Source: Terriglobia bacterium (lineage in GTDB: Bacteria; Acidobacteriota; Terriglobia; 20CM-2-55-15). Taken from it: a stretch of DNA of 64,000 bases. This document shows positions 32,780-43,742 of the stretch, piece by piece. Position 1 is the stretch's first letter; each line of letters starts with the position of its first letter. The notes beneath the pieces are model-generated. The model saw only the letters and a list, made by a program, of their open reading frames with translations, was not told where the DNA came from and did no database searches. The translations under genes were made by a program, and so were the position numbers. The stretch lies in contig CAXWPJ010000011.1 in NCBI GenBank assembly GCA_963664115.2, positions 1 through 64,000 of the forward strand, in the 5' to 3' direction.

Positions 32780-33262
32780 ATGCGCGGAGCAATGCTGTTT
32801 GCGGCCGGACTCTTCGTTGGGTTGGCCGTAAGTGTGGGGATGGCGCAAAACGCCAACAGTAATGTCGTGATGATGAATCACGTGGGCATCAACGTGCCGG
32901 ACATCCCGGATGCGATGACATACTACACCGAGACAATGGGCTACCGGGAAGCGTTCCGTCTCAACGACGACAACGGGCAGCCGAGGCTGGTCTACATGCA
33001 CATCAGCGAAAACACGTTCCTTGAGCTCGGGCAGGCGAACGCGCAACGGCCTGCAGGTTTCACCCATTATGGGCTGCACGTCGAGAACGTGGCAGCCGCC
33101 GTCGCACGGTTCAGAAGGGACGGCGCAACTGTCAGTGATACCCGCACCAGCGATACCAAAGCGATCCTCGCCAACATCACTGATCCGTACATGGGCCGCA
33201 TCGAGTTGGCCGAACTCCCTCCAGAGTCCCTGCATTACAAGGCCATTCAGAGCTGGAATTGA
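32780..33262 (+). CDS. VOC/glyoxalase family protein with signal peptide
   Basis: NHVGI, LEL, HYGL, DPYMGRIEL. Confidence 0.85.
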   Translation: MRGAMLFAAGLFVGLAVSVGMAQNANSNVVMMNHVGINVPDIPDAMTYYTETMGYREAFRLNDDNGQPRLVYMHISENTFLELGQANAQRPAGFTHYGLHVENVAAAVARFRRDGATVSDTRTSDTKAILANITDPYMGRIELAELPPESLHYKAIQSWN

Positions 33263-33301
33263 GAAGGAGCATTGACATGAAAGAGGGACGGACGACCTGC
33301 T

Positions 33302-33364
33302 TCACGGCACCGGCACCGGCACCGGCACCCGAAGTTCTTCAAACCACTTCAGGACGATGTTAAT
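33302..33364 (-). repeat. Orphan kinase tail with an internal deletion and a GCACCG tandem expansion
   Basis: tcacggcaccggcaccggcaccggcaccc gaagttcttcaaaccacttcaggacgatgttaat. Confidence 0.75.
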
Positions 33365-33896
33365 CCTCAGGAGTATTCACTCAACTACGCCTCGACAATG
33401 TCGTCTTTCAGGCTCAACACAAATGTGACTAATTCATCACATTCTTGCTTTGGAATCTGTAGGGCTTCCATCGTCGCACTTACGCGGCGTCCCTTGACCC
33501 GCAATAGCTTCTGCTGGCATTGGCAAGTTGATCGATCGAGGATACTTTTTCACCAGAGTGCACATGTGCTTCCTGTCAGTCAGCAGACAGACGTCATCGC
33601 CACCCACTGGGCTGCGAAGTAGACGATGGTGAGCTGATCGAAGGCGTGGTCCGGCGTATGGGCTGACCGTTCATGCCCTTGCCCGCACGATGGCGTTGTA
33701 CTCGTCGGTTGCCACCCGCAACGCCTCGTTGTCGGTGATGGGCGTCAGCGTGCCGTTGAACTCGGCGTACAGCCGGAACGTGTTCAGCACGACCCGCCCC
33801 GCGCCCATCCAGTTGGTGAACTTGCCCATGTTGAGCGGATAAGCGGAACAAGCGGGGTCTGACAACTATCAGAGCGCTGACGGTGTCGTCGTATGG

Positions 33897-34307
33897 GTGT
33901 TATGTCAATCCGCGCGCGGCCGCAGGCCGTCGCGCGAAGGTCGTGGGACCATCACGCAGGGTACAACACTCTATGCCCAGCGCTGCGCAATGTGCCATGG
34001 TCCGAACGGCGAAGGGACGGATACCCCGGCAGGTGTCGGACCGCTTTTAGTGGCGCCGAATCAACAAGGTACCAGGGGGATCCGGGGATATCGCTTTTCG
34101 ACCACCTTATTCAGCTTCGTCTACCGCGCCATGCCGATGCATCAGGAAAGGACACTCAGTGCCGATGAGGCTTATGCCCTGTCCGCACTTTTGTTATACC
34201 GCAACGGCATCATCAGGGAGAATGAGGAAATGAACTCAACGACCTTGCCCCGGGTCATCATGCCAAACCGGGACGAATGGAGTCCTCCACCGGAAACTTC
34301 AGGATAA
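33897..34307 (+). pseudogene. SoxD-like cytochrome c, probably 5'-truncated
   Basis: CAMCHG and TTLFSFVYRAMP; similar to 39079-39570; no signal peptide. Confidence 0.65.
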
Positions 34308-34360
34308 CCATCGATCATTAACTTGGTGTACAGCCCCAAAATCCGGGTATTTCCATAACT

Positions 34361-37300
34361 CACTAGTCCCTGAACAAGCGTGATTGACGAGGAAATGATA
34401 GTGCAATAAGAGCGGAAGTACCCGAAATGCCCCCTCTCCGTGCGAAAAAAACCTTGAACAGATTCTTCGGAAAAGGAGGCATTTCAGATGAACGATTATA
34501 CGCGCAAGAACATGAGGAACCGCAAGCGGCGAATCGAACGTCGGCTTGGGGACCGGCATTGGACGGATCAGGTAGAGCCGATGTTTTCGGCGAGCAACAT
34601 TCAGTACGAGATGGGAGAGCGGACGCGGGGCACATCGGTTGGTGGTATCGGGACGATGCAACTGGTGGCGCGGCGGACCGGGCTGATCGAAGCCATCGAC
34701 AAGGGCGTGCATGTGTTGAAGCGGCACCTGCCGTATCACGAGTCGGATCACGTGCTGAACATCGCCTACAACGCCTTGAGCGGAGGAACGTGCCTGGAAG
34801 ACATCGAACTGCGGCGCAACGATGCGGTGTATCTGGATGCGCTGGGAGCGCAACGGATTCCGGATCCGACGACGGCGGGAGACTTCTGCCGGAGATTCGA
34901 GGCCGACGACGTGGAGTGTCTGATGGAGGCAACCAATCAAGTCCGGCTCGGAGTCTGGCGACAGCAACCGGCGGCGTTTTTCGAAGAAGCGGTGTTGGAC
35001 GCGGACGGGACACTGGCCGAAACCACGGGGGAATGCAAGCAAGGGATGGACGTGGCCTACGACGGGACGTGGGGATATCACCCGCTGATGATCTCGCTGG
35101 CCAACACCGCCGAACCGCTGTATCTGGTCAATCGTAGCGGCAACCGGCCGTCGCATGAAGGAGCCGCGGTCCGGTTCGACCAAGCCATCGCATTGTGCCG
35201 GCATGCGGGGTTTCGCCAGATCCTGCTGCGCGGGGACACGGACTTCAGCCAGACCCGGCATCTGGACGGATGGGACGACCAGCAGGTGGGTTTCATATTC
35301 GGGATTGACGCGATGGCGAACCTGAAGGCCCGGGCCGATGAACTGGAGCCGCGCCAGTGGAAGCGCCTGGAACGGCCCGCGAAATACGACGTGGCGACCG
35401 AACCGCGCCAACGTCCCGACAACGTGAAGGAAGAGATCGTTCGGCAGCGCGGTTTCGACAATATCCGCTTGCAGGGTGAGGATGTGGCCGAGTTTCGGTA
35501 TCGACCCGGAGCCTGCGATCGGGACTACCGTGTCGTCGTGGTGCGGAAGAATCTGTCGGTGGCCAAAGGAGAGCAGGTGTTGTTTGACGACATCCGGTAC
35601 TTCTTCTACATTACCAACCGTTCGGATCCGGCCGACCAGATTGTGATGCGTGCCAATCAACGGTGCAATCAGGAGAATCTCATTGAGCAGTTGAAGAACG
35701 GCGTTCAGGCGTTGCGGATGCCGGTCGGAGATCAGACCAGCAACTGGGCCTACATGGTGATCGCGTCACTGGCCTGGACACTGAAAGCGTGGTTTGCATT
35801 GCTGCTTCCCGAAACCGGACGTTGGGGCCAAAAATATCAGGCTGAGAAGCAAACCGTGCTGCGCATGGAGTTCAAAACCTTCTTGAACGCTTTCATGCTT
35901 GTGCCGTGCCAACTCGTGCGCACCGGGCGGCGCATTCTGTTCCGGATCCTGGCCTGGAACCGGTGGTTGCCGGTCTTGTTCCGCGGGGTGGATGTGTTGC
36001 GTCAGCCTCTGCGATGTTGACCCGATCATGACTCTGAGCCCGGGCGATCGAGGTCCCGGTTTCTGTCAACCGTCCAACACCAGCGAGGCTGAACTGAAAC
36101 AGATTCAACAGAAACTCGATACCTGGAACAGGCCATCCGGGAACGGGATTCTATGCCTCGAATTCTATCGGCGCGAACTGGGCCTCGGCGGACTGGTTAT
36201 GCGCTTGTTTTGGGCCTAGTATCCGGAACACGGCGCGAAAGCCCGCGGCAAGTTACAGATCAACAATGAGTTGAATGGCATTCTTGGATTTTTCGATTTC
36301 AGCCTTCCGATTGCGCTTTCGCGGTAATCCAGTGATAGGGGGTGATACCAATGGCGTATGAACTCAGGCCAAACCGTCTTCTCACAAGTCATGGATTACG
36401 CACCCCGATACGAATTTCAGAAGTGTGTCGCCCGCTATCGTGGCGACTACCAGCTGCAAGGTTTTTCGTGCCGGGATCAGTTCCTTGCAATGGCATTCGC
36501 CCAGCTGACCTATCGTGAAAGCCTCCGCGATATCGAGGCCTGTTTACGCGCCCTCGGCAGCAAGCGTTACCATATGGGATTTCGAAGCAAGGTGGCGCGG
36601 ACGACACTGGCCGACGCCAACGAGCGGCGCGACTGGCGGATCTATGCGGATTTCGCACAGGTCCTGATCGGCGTGGCGCGGCCGTTATATGCCAAAGATC
36701 CCATCGGTGTCGAACTGGCTCAGGGGCTGTACGCCCTGGACTCGACGACCATTGACCTTTGTCTTTCATTATTCCCATGGGCCCGGTTTCGCCGGCACAA
36801 AGCCGCCGTCAAGATGCATACACTGCTGGATCTTCACGGAAACATTCCCGCGTTTATCCGCGTCACAGACGGGAAAGTTCATGACGTCAACATTCTCGAT
36901 GAAATCGCACCCGAAGCAGGGGCCTTCTACGTCATGGATCGCGCGTATATCGATTTCGAGCGGCTCTTTCTCTTCACGCTCTGTTCCGCATTCTTTGTTG
37001 TGCGTGCCAAGAAGAACGCCGTCTTGCAGCGCCGGTACTCCCGTCCGGTGGACAAGACCACAGGGTTGCGATCCGACCAGACGGTCATTCTCACCACGAT
37101 CAAGTCCGCCAAAGCCTATCCCGATCCGTTGCGGTGCATCAGCTACTTCGACGCCGAGACGAACAAGCGGTTGAAGTTCCTGACCAACAACTTCGCGTTG
37201 CCCGCGCTCACCATCACTCAGATCTACAAGTCGCGATGGCAAGTTGAACTCTTCTTCAAATGGATCAAACAACATCTTCGGATCAAGTCCTTCTATGGCA

Positions 37301-37540
37301 CGAGCGAGAATGCAGTCAAGACCCAGATCTGGATTGCCGTTTCCGTTTATGTCCTCGTCGCCATCATCCGCAAGCGCCTCGACATCGATAGGAGTCTTTA
37401 CCAAATCCTACAGATTCTCAGCATTACCATTCTCGAAAAACAGCCCATTTTGCAGGCCTTTTGCGCGCCGAACTCCCAATTCGATGGGCTCGACGATCCT
37501 AACCAACTGGTTCTATTCGACTTCTAACCGGACACTAGTG
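34361..37540 (+). mobile_element. IS4-family element (transposase 36358-37527) with 9-bp duplication TCCATAACT; left inverted repeat split by IS1380
   Basis: CACTAGT(A/G)TCCGG inverted repeats; LDSTTI, MDRAY, YKSRWQVELFFK. Confidence 0.88.
34367..36215 (+). mobile_element. IS1380 family element (transposase 34488-36020) flanked by CTAG
   Basis: LDADGT, GYHPL, LRGDTDF, RCNQENLI; imperfect inverted repeats ccctgaacaagcg/cgcttgttttggg. Confidence 0.9.
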
Positions 37541-37655
37541 TCCATAACTATTGATATTTTTTGGGAATGAATTGACTCTGTTATTTGTCACCCCTAGACT
37601 AATCTGATCTCAAGCAGTTTTTCCGCAGGACTGGGCAATATTTGGGGAGGTTAGT

Positions 37656-39020
37656 ATGGCGCAAAAAAAACTGACAAGCCGTAGGCGATTTCTAAAGAGC
37701 AGTGCAGCGCTGGGATTGACCGCAGGTGTGGCACCTGCATTTGGCCAGATACTTCATCCCAATGTCATCGCCGTGACCGAGACCCGTGCCCGTGGCCTGT
37801 TGTCAAAGTATGAAGATACGGAGCGCATCAGGTTCCGGCGGAACAGGAATCCCAATGCCACGGCCCTGACACCATTACAGGACCTGAACGGCATCATCAC
37901 ACCCTCTGAACTGCATTTCGTGGTTGATCATGAAAACGGTGTATTGCTGGATATCAATCCCGCGGAATACCGCCTGCGGGTCACCGGTATGGTGGACCGT
38001 CCACTAGAATTTACTCTAGATGAATTGAAGCGCATGCCGTCGGTATCATCTACCAATGTCCTCACCTGTGGTGCCAACGGCGGGGATGCATTCAGTGAAG
38101 GGGCATTGACGGTCCAACAGACCCACGGCAGGACCAGTACCAGTGAATGGAGCGGCGTGTCATTTAAAACCCTGCTCGAGGAAGCAGGGGTGCAAGCAAA
38201 TGCCAAGTGGGTGATCGCCATGGCCGCTGATCCCAGCGACCACGTGGCCAGTTTCCCAATGGAGAAGGCGATGGACGGGGTGACCATGGCCGCTTATGCC
38301 CAGAACGGCGAATCCGTCCGCATCGACCAGGGTTACCCGGTCCGTGTTGTCGCGCCCGGCTACACTGGCCGCTGGCTGGTCAAGTGGTTGACCCAACTGT
38401 ATGTCACCGATGACACCCATGTGACCCGTCAGGACGGGATGAACATGGAGGACCGCATGCCGGACGGTAGTGGATTCCTGTTGGCAACGGACCTGACCCG
38501 TTATTACCGGCTTGAGACTACGCCAAGATCGGTCATTACTTTTCCTTCTGGCGGGCAGAGATTACCGGGTCCCGGTTTCTATGAGATACGTGGCCTGGCC
38601 TGGACTGCTGGGACCGTCAAGCGGGTGGAAATCTCTACCGATGGCGGCGAGAGCTGGAAGGATGCCACGCTGCAGGAACCGGTGTTGCCCTATTGTCATA
38701 CCCGCTTTCGTATGGACTGGGAATGGGACGGTCGGGAACGTATCATCCAGTCCCGCTGCACCGATGAGAAGGGGTACGTCCAGCCTGCACCAAACGAAGT
38801 CTCCTCGACCTGGGGCGTGGATTCCAGCCAGGAATGTTTTGATGTGATGGGTGAGCTCTGCAACCAGGTGCCAAGGGACACCCATAACTCTTTTATCATG
38901 AGCTGGAAGATCGCCGCGAACGGGGAAATCACTAACCCGATGCGGGAACTGTATCCCGAGGGACGGCCGGAAAGCCTTGGCCATTATTATTCCGGTGGAC
39001 ATGCCTTCTTCGAGGATTGA
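37656..39020 (+). CDS. Tat-exported molybdopterin sulfite oxidase family protein (SoxC-like)
   Basis: SRRRFLK signal; TPLQDLNGIITPS; Mo-ligand Cys in TCGANG. Confidence 0.88.
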   Translation: MAQKKLTSRRRFLKSSAALGLTAGVAPAFGQILHPNVIAVTETRARGLLSKYEDTERIRFRRNRNPNATALTPLQDLNGIITPSELHFVVDHENGVLLDINPAEYRLRVTGMVDRPLEFTLDELKRMPSVSSTNVLTCGANGGDAFSEGALTVQQTHGRTSTSEWSGVSFKTLLEEAGVQANAKWVIAMAADPSDHVASFPMEKAMDGVTMAAYAQNGESVRIDQGYPVRVVAPGYTGRWLVKWLTQLYVTDDTHVTRQDGMNMEDRMPDGSGFLLATDLTRYYRLETTPRSVITFPSGGQRLPGPGFYEIRGLAWTAGTVKRVEISTDGGESWKDATLQEPVLPYCHTRFRMDWEWDGRERIIQSRCTDEKGYVQPAPNEVSSTWGVDSSQECFDVMGELCNQVPRDTHNSFIMSWKIAANGEITNPMRELYPEGRPESLGHYYSGGHAFFED

Positions 39021-39078
39021 CCATTAAATCTTTTTTCATCAGTCAATACGAATTGATCAGCGAGAATAGGAAAAGCGT

Positions 39079-39570
39079 GTGAGAACATCATCGGGACATT
39101 GGTTGGGCTTGGTATTACTCGTGTTCTGTCATTCGGCCCTGTCACAGACCCCCGGCCAGGGATTGGGGCGGACCATGAGTGAAAGGGATCTGTCGGAGCT
39201 GATGTACACGGTGGGACCTAAGGGCAAAGAGCTGCCGCCGGGGCAGGGTAGCGCCAGGGAAGGCGTCTTGATCTACGAGGCCAGTTGCGTTTCCTGTCAT
39301 GGCATAGAAGGCCTGAACGGAGGACAAAATACCCTCAAAGGAAGTCCGCTTTTACCTTTCCCCACCACCTTATGGGACTATATCCACCGGGCGATGCCAA
39401 GGAGTCAGGCCAATGTCGGGGTACAGGAAAGACAGCTGAGTAATGATGAAACCTATGCCCTCACTGCGTATATCCTCTACATCAACGGAATAATCGGACT
39501 GGATGAAGTGATGAACGCCGAGAGTTTAGTCAAGGTGGAAATTCCCATCGAAAAGAAAGCGCAAGAATAG
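39079..39570 (+). CDS. Monoheme cytochrome c (SoxD-like)
   Basis: CVSCHG; TLWDYIHRAMP. Confidence 0.85.
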   Translation: MRTSSGHWLGLVLLVFCHSALSQTPGQGLGRTMSERDLSELMYTVGPKGKELPPGQGSAREGVLIYEASCVSCHGIEGLNGGQNTLKGSPLLPFPTTLWDYIHRAMPRSQANVGVQERQLSNDETYALTAYILYINGIIGLDEVMNAESLVKVEIPIEKKAQE

Positions 39571-39779
39571 ATCCTTCCCGCCTTGGGGAGTGATTCGCAA
39601 ACGCCGCCCAGCAGGCTGACCGGAATCAGGGCACACATAGTCTAGTCGTTGTAACTTAAAATTAACCTCTCTGGCATCATATCAATGCGAGGCGGATAAG
39701 CGGTATAAGCAGGGTCTGACGACTATGGTAGCGCTGACAGTGTCGTAGATTTGCTTGGTCAAGTCCTGTATCTGGACTC

Positions 39780-40076
39780 CTCTGTCAAGTAGGCGCAGCT
39801 CTCCCGTCAGCTTTCTTCGGCAAAATGCATTCAGCAGGACTGACTAGAAGTTACGAGGTGAGTAGCTAGTCGACTGCACCCGTATCTTCGGCCTCAAAAG
39901 TGGAACTGTATTGTTCCGGGCCATGATGGAAATTTGCGCGCGGGGAGCCAACCGATAAAATAACGGCCTCTAAGGGCCAAAGGACTTGTCGGCGTTGCCC
40001 CGCGCCGGTCTGACCGGTACGCCATCATCTCGAACCTCATCGCAGCTCGCTGAAAAGATATTCCGACTGTTCCGGG
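39780..40076 (-). ncRNA. Predicted bridge/seek RNA of IS1111-B
   Basis: Internal loop at 39952-39992 carries CAAGTCCT and TTTAT, matching the two target halves. Confidence 0.68.
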
Positions 40077-41121
40077 TCAGGCCGCCTGATACCGGGCCTG
40101 ATGGTCACAGTCACGGTTCCAAACCGCCCACACGCGACGCGCCAACTTGTTGGCCAGTGCAACGATTGCCTTGTTGTGTCCGCGGAACTCGTGTTTCTGG
40201 AGACCCCATTGCTGGAGAGGTGTCGGTGTGGCGCCCTCTCGATGGGCACTCCACAACAGGGAACGGCCCCCATGAACCAACAGCATCCGGAGGTAACGAT
40301 CGCCTTGCTTACTGATCCGGCCCATGCGTCGCTGGTTGCCACTGGAATGTTCCCGGGGTGTGAGTCCCAGATAACTGGCAAAATGGCGGGACGTTCGGAA
40401 TCGTTTGATGTTTCCAACAAACCCCACCATTGCCGTTGCCGTTAACAGGCCGATGCCGGGAATCGACGTCAGACGCGCGACCTCAGGCATCTGCCGAGCC
40501 AGCGTCTTCAACTCTTGTTCCACCGATCGTAAGCGAGATTCCAATTCACGGATCTCGCCACACACCTGGTGAAACATCTCCCGAACGACACTGGGGATGA
40601 CGACATCTGCATCTTCGATCAGCTCCATTACCCCCGGCACCAGATGATCCGCTCCGGTCGGGATCACGTAGCCAAACTCCCGTAACAACCCCCGCACCGT
40701 ATTGATCCGTGCGGTTCGGGTTCGCATCCACGCCGAACGGATTCGATGCAATGAGGTCAGTTGCTGTTGGGCCAGGGTTTTGACCGGCACTGGATGAATA
40801 TCGCTGTCACGATAGGCTTCCAACAATCCTTTCACATCCGTACGGTCGGTCTTGTTGCGCCTGACGTAGGGCGTCACATACTGCGGCGAGATCAGAACGA
40901 CCGTGTGTCCCAGTTCCCGGATCTTCCGACCCCAGTAATGGGCGGATCCGCAGGCTTCCATCACCACGGTCGCCAGCTCCTGGTTCGCAAAGAACCCCAG
41001 AAACTTTGCCCGACTTAAACGATAGGTTTTCTCTACATGTTTTCTCTACACCGGGGCGATCTGAAACACCAATTTGGAAAACATTCTTTGCCAGATCCAC
41101 TGCTATCGTTCTATTCTTCAT
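40077..41121 (-). pseudogene. IS110 transposase frameshifted by a short tandem duplication
   Basis: VDLAKNVFQ in one frame, MEACG...KTDRTD...SSG in another; gttttctctaca duplicated at about 41026-41050. Confidence 0.85.
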
Positions 41122-41369
41122 CTCGGACTCCTTTTTGTTCACACTCACGTGTTTCGCCCGCTTTATTGCGAGGCTCAAAATGACTGTGGCACTTCGATGC
41201 CGACTCAGTCATCAAAGAGGAGTCCATACCATCAATAAACGACATTGTCGGACAGTGAGAATTGGCGAGCTGAGCGTGTCGCCACATTCCATTGAAACAG
41301 CATGGGATATGGCCAATTGGAGGCCATTCGAGGAACGGCAGGCGAGAGGAGAGTTTCCGTTCGGTGAAA

Positions 41370-41409
41370 TTCTCAATGTCCGAAAAGATGATTTATCAGG
41401 CGTTGAGAA
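41370..41409. repeat. 40-bp palindromic repeat copy
   Basis: ttctcaatgtccgaaaagatgatttatcaggcgttgagaa. Confidence 0.88.
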
Positions 41410-41597
41410 TGGATTTCAGCGGTGGTGTGAGACGAACGTGGCGGGACTGATCTCTCGGTTGCGACACCCCAAAAGTATCCATTTTTTTCGAGGAAGTTCC
41501 TCGTCCGTCAAGAAACCTGGACCATAACGGGCGCGCTGATATAGCATGTTTGCATTCCGAACAGCCAGACAATCAGTAAGTTTTTGGAGGCTCAACT

Positions 41598-42254
41598 ATG
41601 AGGACTATTCCACTCCTCGTGACGACATTAGTTCTGTTTATTTCGGCGCCCTCCTTCGCGCAGCAATGGTACGAGCTGGATTGGAGAGAGTATGAGAATA
41701 GTATAGATTCCTTCGGTGTGAGTTTTCCGGGTGAACCTACATTGGAAGACATCCAGTTCATCACGAGTTATCAGGACACCCTGCCGGGGCGTGTCTACAG
41801 CTATGAGGTTGGCCCGAACGGCTACTCGGTCACGGTAGTCGATTACACGGGACTCGAAGAACTAGAGGCAAGGCGGGTCGCGAATTGCCAAGAGGCCGGG
41901 CGTGATGGGGACTCGTGCCAGAACCACTACATGCATGCTATCCGGGGAGCGGTCATCTATGCGATCTGGAATGTCATGAACAGGGGTGGCGAGGTTACGT
42001 ATCTCTCATTCTCGAGGACGGACCTGGTTGAAGGACAGGAGATGTACGTCAGCAACGACGACGGGTCCCGGACCATCGCCGCGAGCTATATGCACGAAGA
42101 TCTCCTTTATATCCTGGAGGCGACCGTGCCCGGCGACTCCCCACCGCCGACTCTGTTCTACAAAAGCTTGCGATTCCTCGACGAGAACCAACAACGGATT
42201 CGCTATCGAACTAATTATGCCAACGGAATTACAAACCCGGATCGTAGCCGTTGA
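41598..42254 (+). CDS. Secreted hypothetical protein
   Basis: GGAGG ribosome site; signal peptide. Confidence 0.7.
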   Translation: MRTIPLLVTTLVLFISAPSFAQQWYELDWREYENSIDSFGVSFPGEPTLEDIQFITSYQDTLPGRVYSYEVGPNGYSVTVVDYTGLEELEARRVANCQEAGRDGDSCQNHYMHAIRGAVIYAIWNVMNRGGEVTYLSFSRTDLVEGQEMYVSNDDGSRTIAASYMHEDLLYILEATVPGDSPPPTLFYKSLRFLDENQQRIRYRTNYANGITNPDRSR

Positions 42255-42320
42255 CCGTCCCCCGGGCGAGCCGAGAACGATCGCGCTGAAACCGCTTCTT
42301 CTGCTATCAGGAGGTTAAAC

Positions 42321-42713
42321 ATGCAGTTTAGATACTTGGGCCTCGCAGCCATTTGTGCCGTTCTTTTGGCCTTACCGGCTTGGGCGCACCATTCCCATAG
42401 CAACTATGACCTGACGGAGTGGGTAGAGTTTGAGGGCACTCTCAGGCAAATGCACTATCTCAACCCGCATTCCTTTCTCTTCGTCGAAATCGAAGATGAG
42501 GCCGGCGACTCCGCCGTGTGGACACTGGAAGCCACCGGTCCAATGGGCATTGAACAGAACGGAGCCAAGCGCGAGGACGTCAGGCCGGGCGACACGATCG
42601 GAGTGCGATGCCATCTTCTCGTTGACGGCTCCAAGGGCTGTCTCCTTGGTTTTGTGACTCCGTTGCACGGTGATCCGGAGCGAGGCCACGGGGTCGCGAT
42701 AGAGTGGGACTAG
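42321..42713 (+). CDS. DUF6152-like secreted protein
   Basis: AHHS...NPH...W motif. Confidence 0.75.
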   Translation: MQFRYLGLAAICAVLLALPAWAHHSHSNYDLTEWVEFEGTLRQMHYLNPHSFLFVEIEDEAGDSAVWTLEATGPMGIEQNGAKREDVRPGDTIGVRCHLLVDGSKGCLLGFVTPLHGDPERGHGVAIEWD

Positions 42714-43005
42714 CAGCCCGTCGCAGCTTTTCGTTACTAGGACCGACTGGCGTCAGACTACGATCGCCGATGGTCTTCTTACCTCGACGCCAGAGTGGGG
42801 GAGACGCGCGAGAGACCTGAACCGCACTCTGGCCAAAGCGTACTCGACGTCGGATGTGGAACGGGCATCCTGCTCAAGCGGATAAGCGGTAAAACAGGCG
42901 CCGACGGCTAGCAATTCGCTTGACCTCTAGCCTCTCGCCCATATTGCTGCGCATAATCCAGAAATAGGATTTTGGTATCGATGAAAAAAATAGGGGTGTA
43001 AGAAC

Positions 43006-43479
43006 ATGTGGAACAAGATCATTATTGCTTTGGTGCTCACATTATTGTCGTCGAACGCCGTAATGGCGCAGTCTGCGTTTTTCGATCGCAAGCAATTGAC
43101 GACGGATGCGGCCAGAAAAATCGTCGACACTTGTCTCGCCTTTGCGGCCGAGCGCAATGCCGTGGTCGGCGTGGCTGTCGTCGATATGTCCGGTGTTTTG
43201 ATGGATTTCCACGTCATGCAGGCTGGTGGCGCAACAACTGCGGAAACCGCGATCCTCAAAGCGAAGACGGCGGCGCATTGGGGCCGTCCGACCTCCGTAC
43301 TTGAAGAAACGGTCATGAGCGGCGGCAATCAGGCCTCCGTTTGGATCAATGATTTTCCCAAGGGTGGCGGGATACCGATCGTGGTGGACGGTAAGGTTGC
43401 TGGTGCCGTCGGCGTTGGTGGACCGCGATTCCAAGATGAATGCGCGCAGGCCGGTATCGACGCGGTTCTTAACCAGTAG
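43006..43479 (+). CDS. GlcG/HbpS-family heme-binding protein
   Basis: AVVD, KAKTAA, GGGIPI, GAVGVGG. Confidence 0.88.
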   Translation: MWNKIIIALVLTLLSSNAVMAQSAFFDRKQLTTDAARKIVDTCLAFAAERNAVVGVAVVDMSGVLMDFHVMQAGGATTAETAILKAKTAAHWGRPTSVLEETVMSGGNQASVWINDFPKGGGIPIVVDGKVAGAVGVGGPRFQDECAQAGIDAVLNQ

Positions 43480-43742
43480 ATTGGTTTCATCGCCGCTTAG
43501 CCTGTCCCAAAATATAGTTGAGATTGTTTCAGGCTTTGGTTGATTTCTTTCGAGCCGGGCGGGAAGGTTTGGGTCGGCAACGGAGGTGATACCACTTCCC
43601 TTTGCTCTCCAAACGCTCTTCGTTGGGAGCAATGCGTATGCAGCAGCGATCACACCAAACTTTCAGATCGGCTGCAGGCTTCTCTTTGGCAGGTTTCATA
43701 GCATAGTTGACCTCGGCGATGTTTACCTGGCCTTGGCCATCC

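Larger units (their letters stand above)
39769..41234 (-). mobile_element. IS1111-type element B, in a repeat split into 39756-39768 and 41235-41261
   Basis: Subterminal inverted repeats TGGACTCCTC/GAGGAGTCCA; flanks rejoin as ggtcaagtcctg|ataaacgacattgtcggacagtgagaa. Confidence 0.9.
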
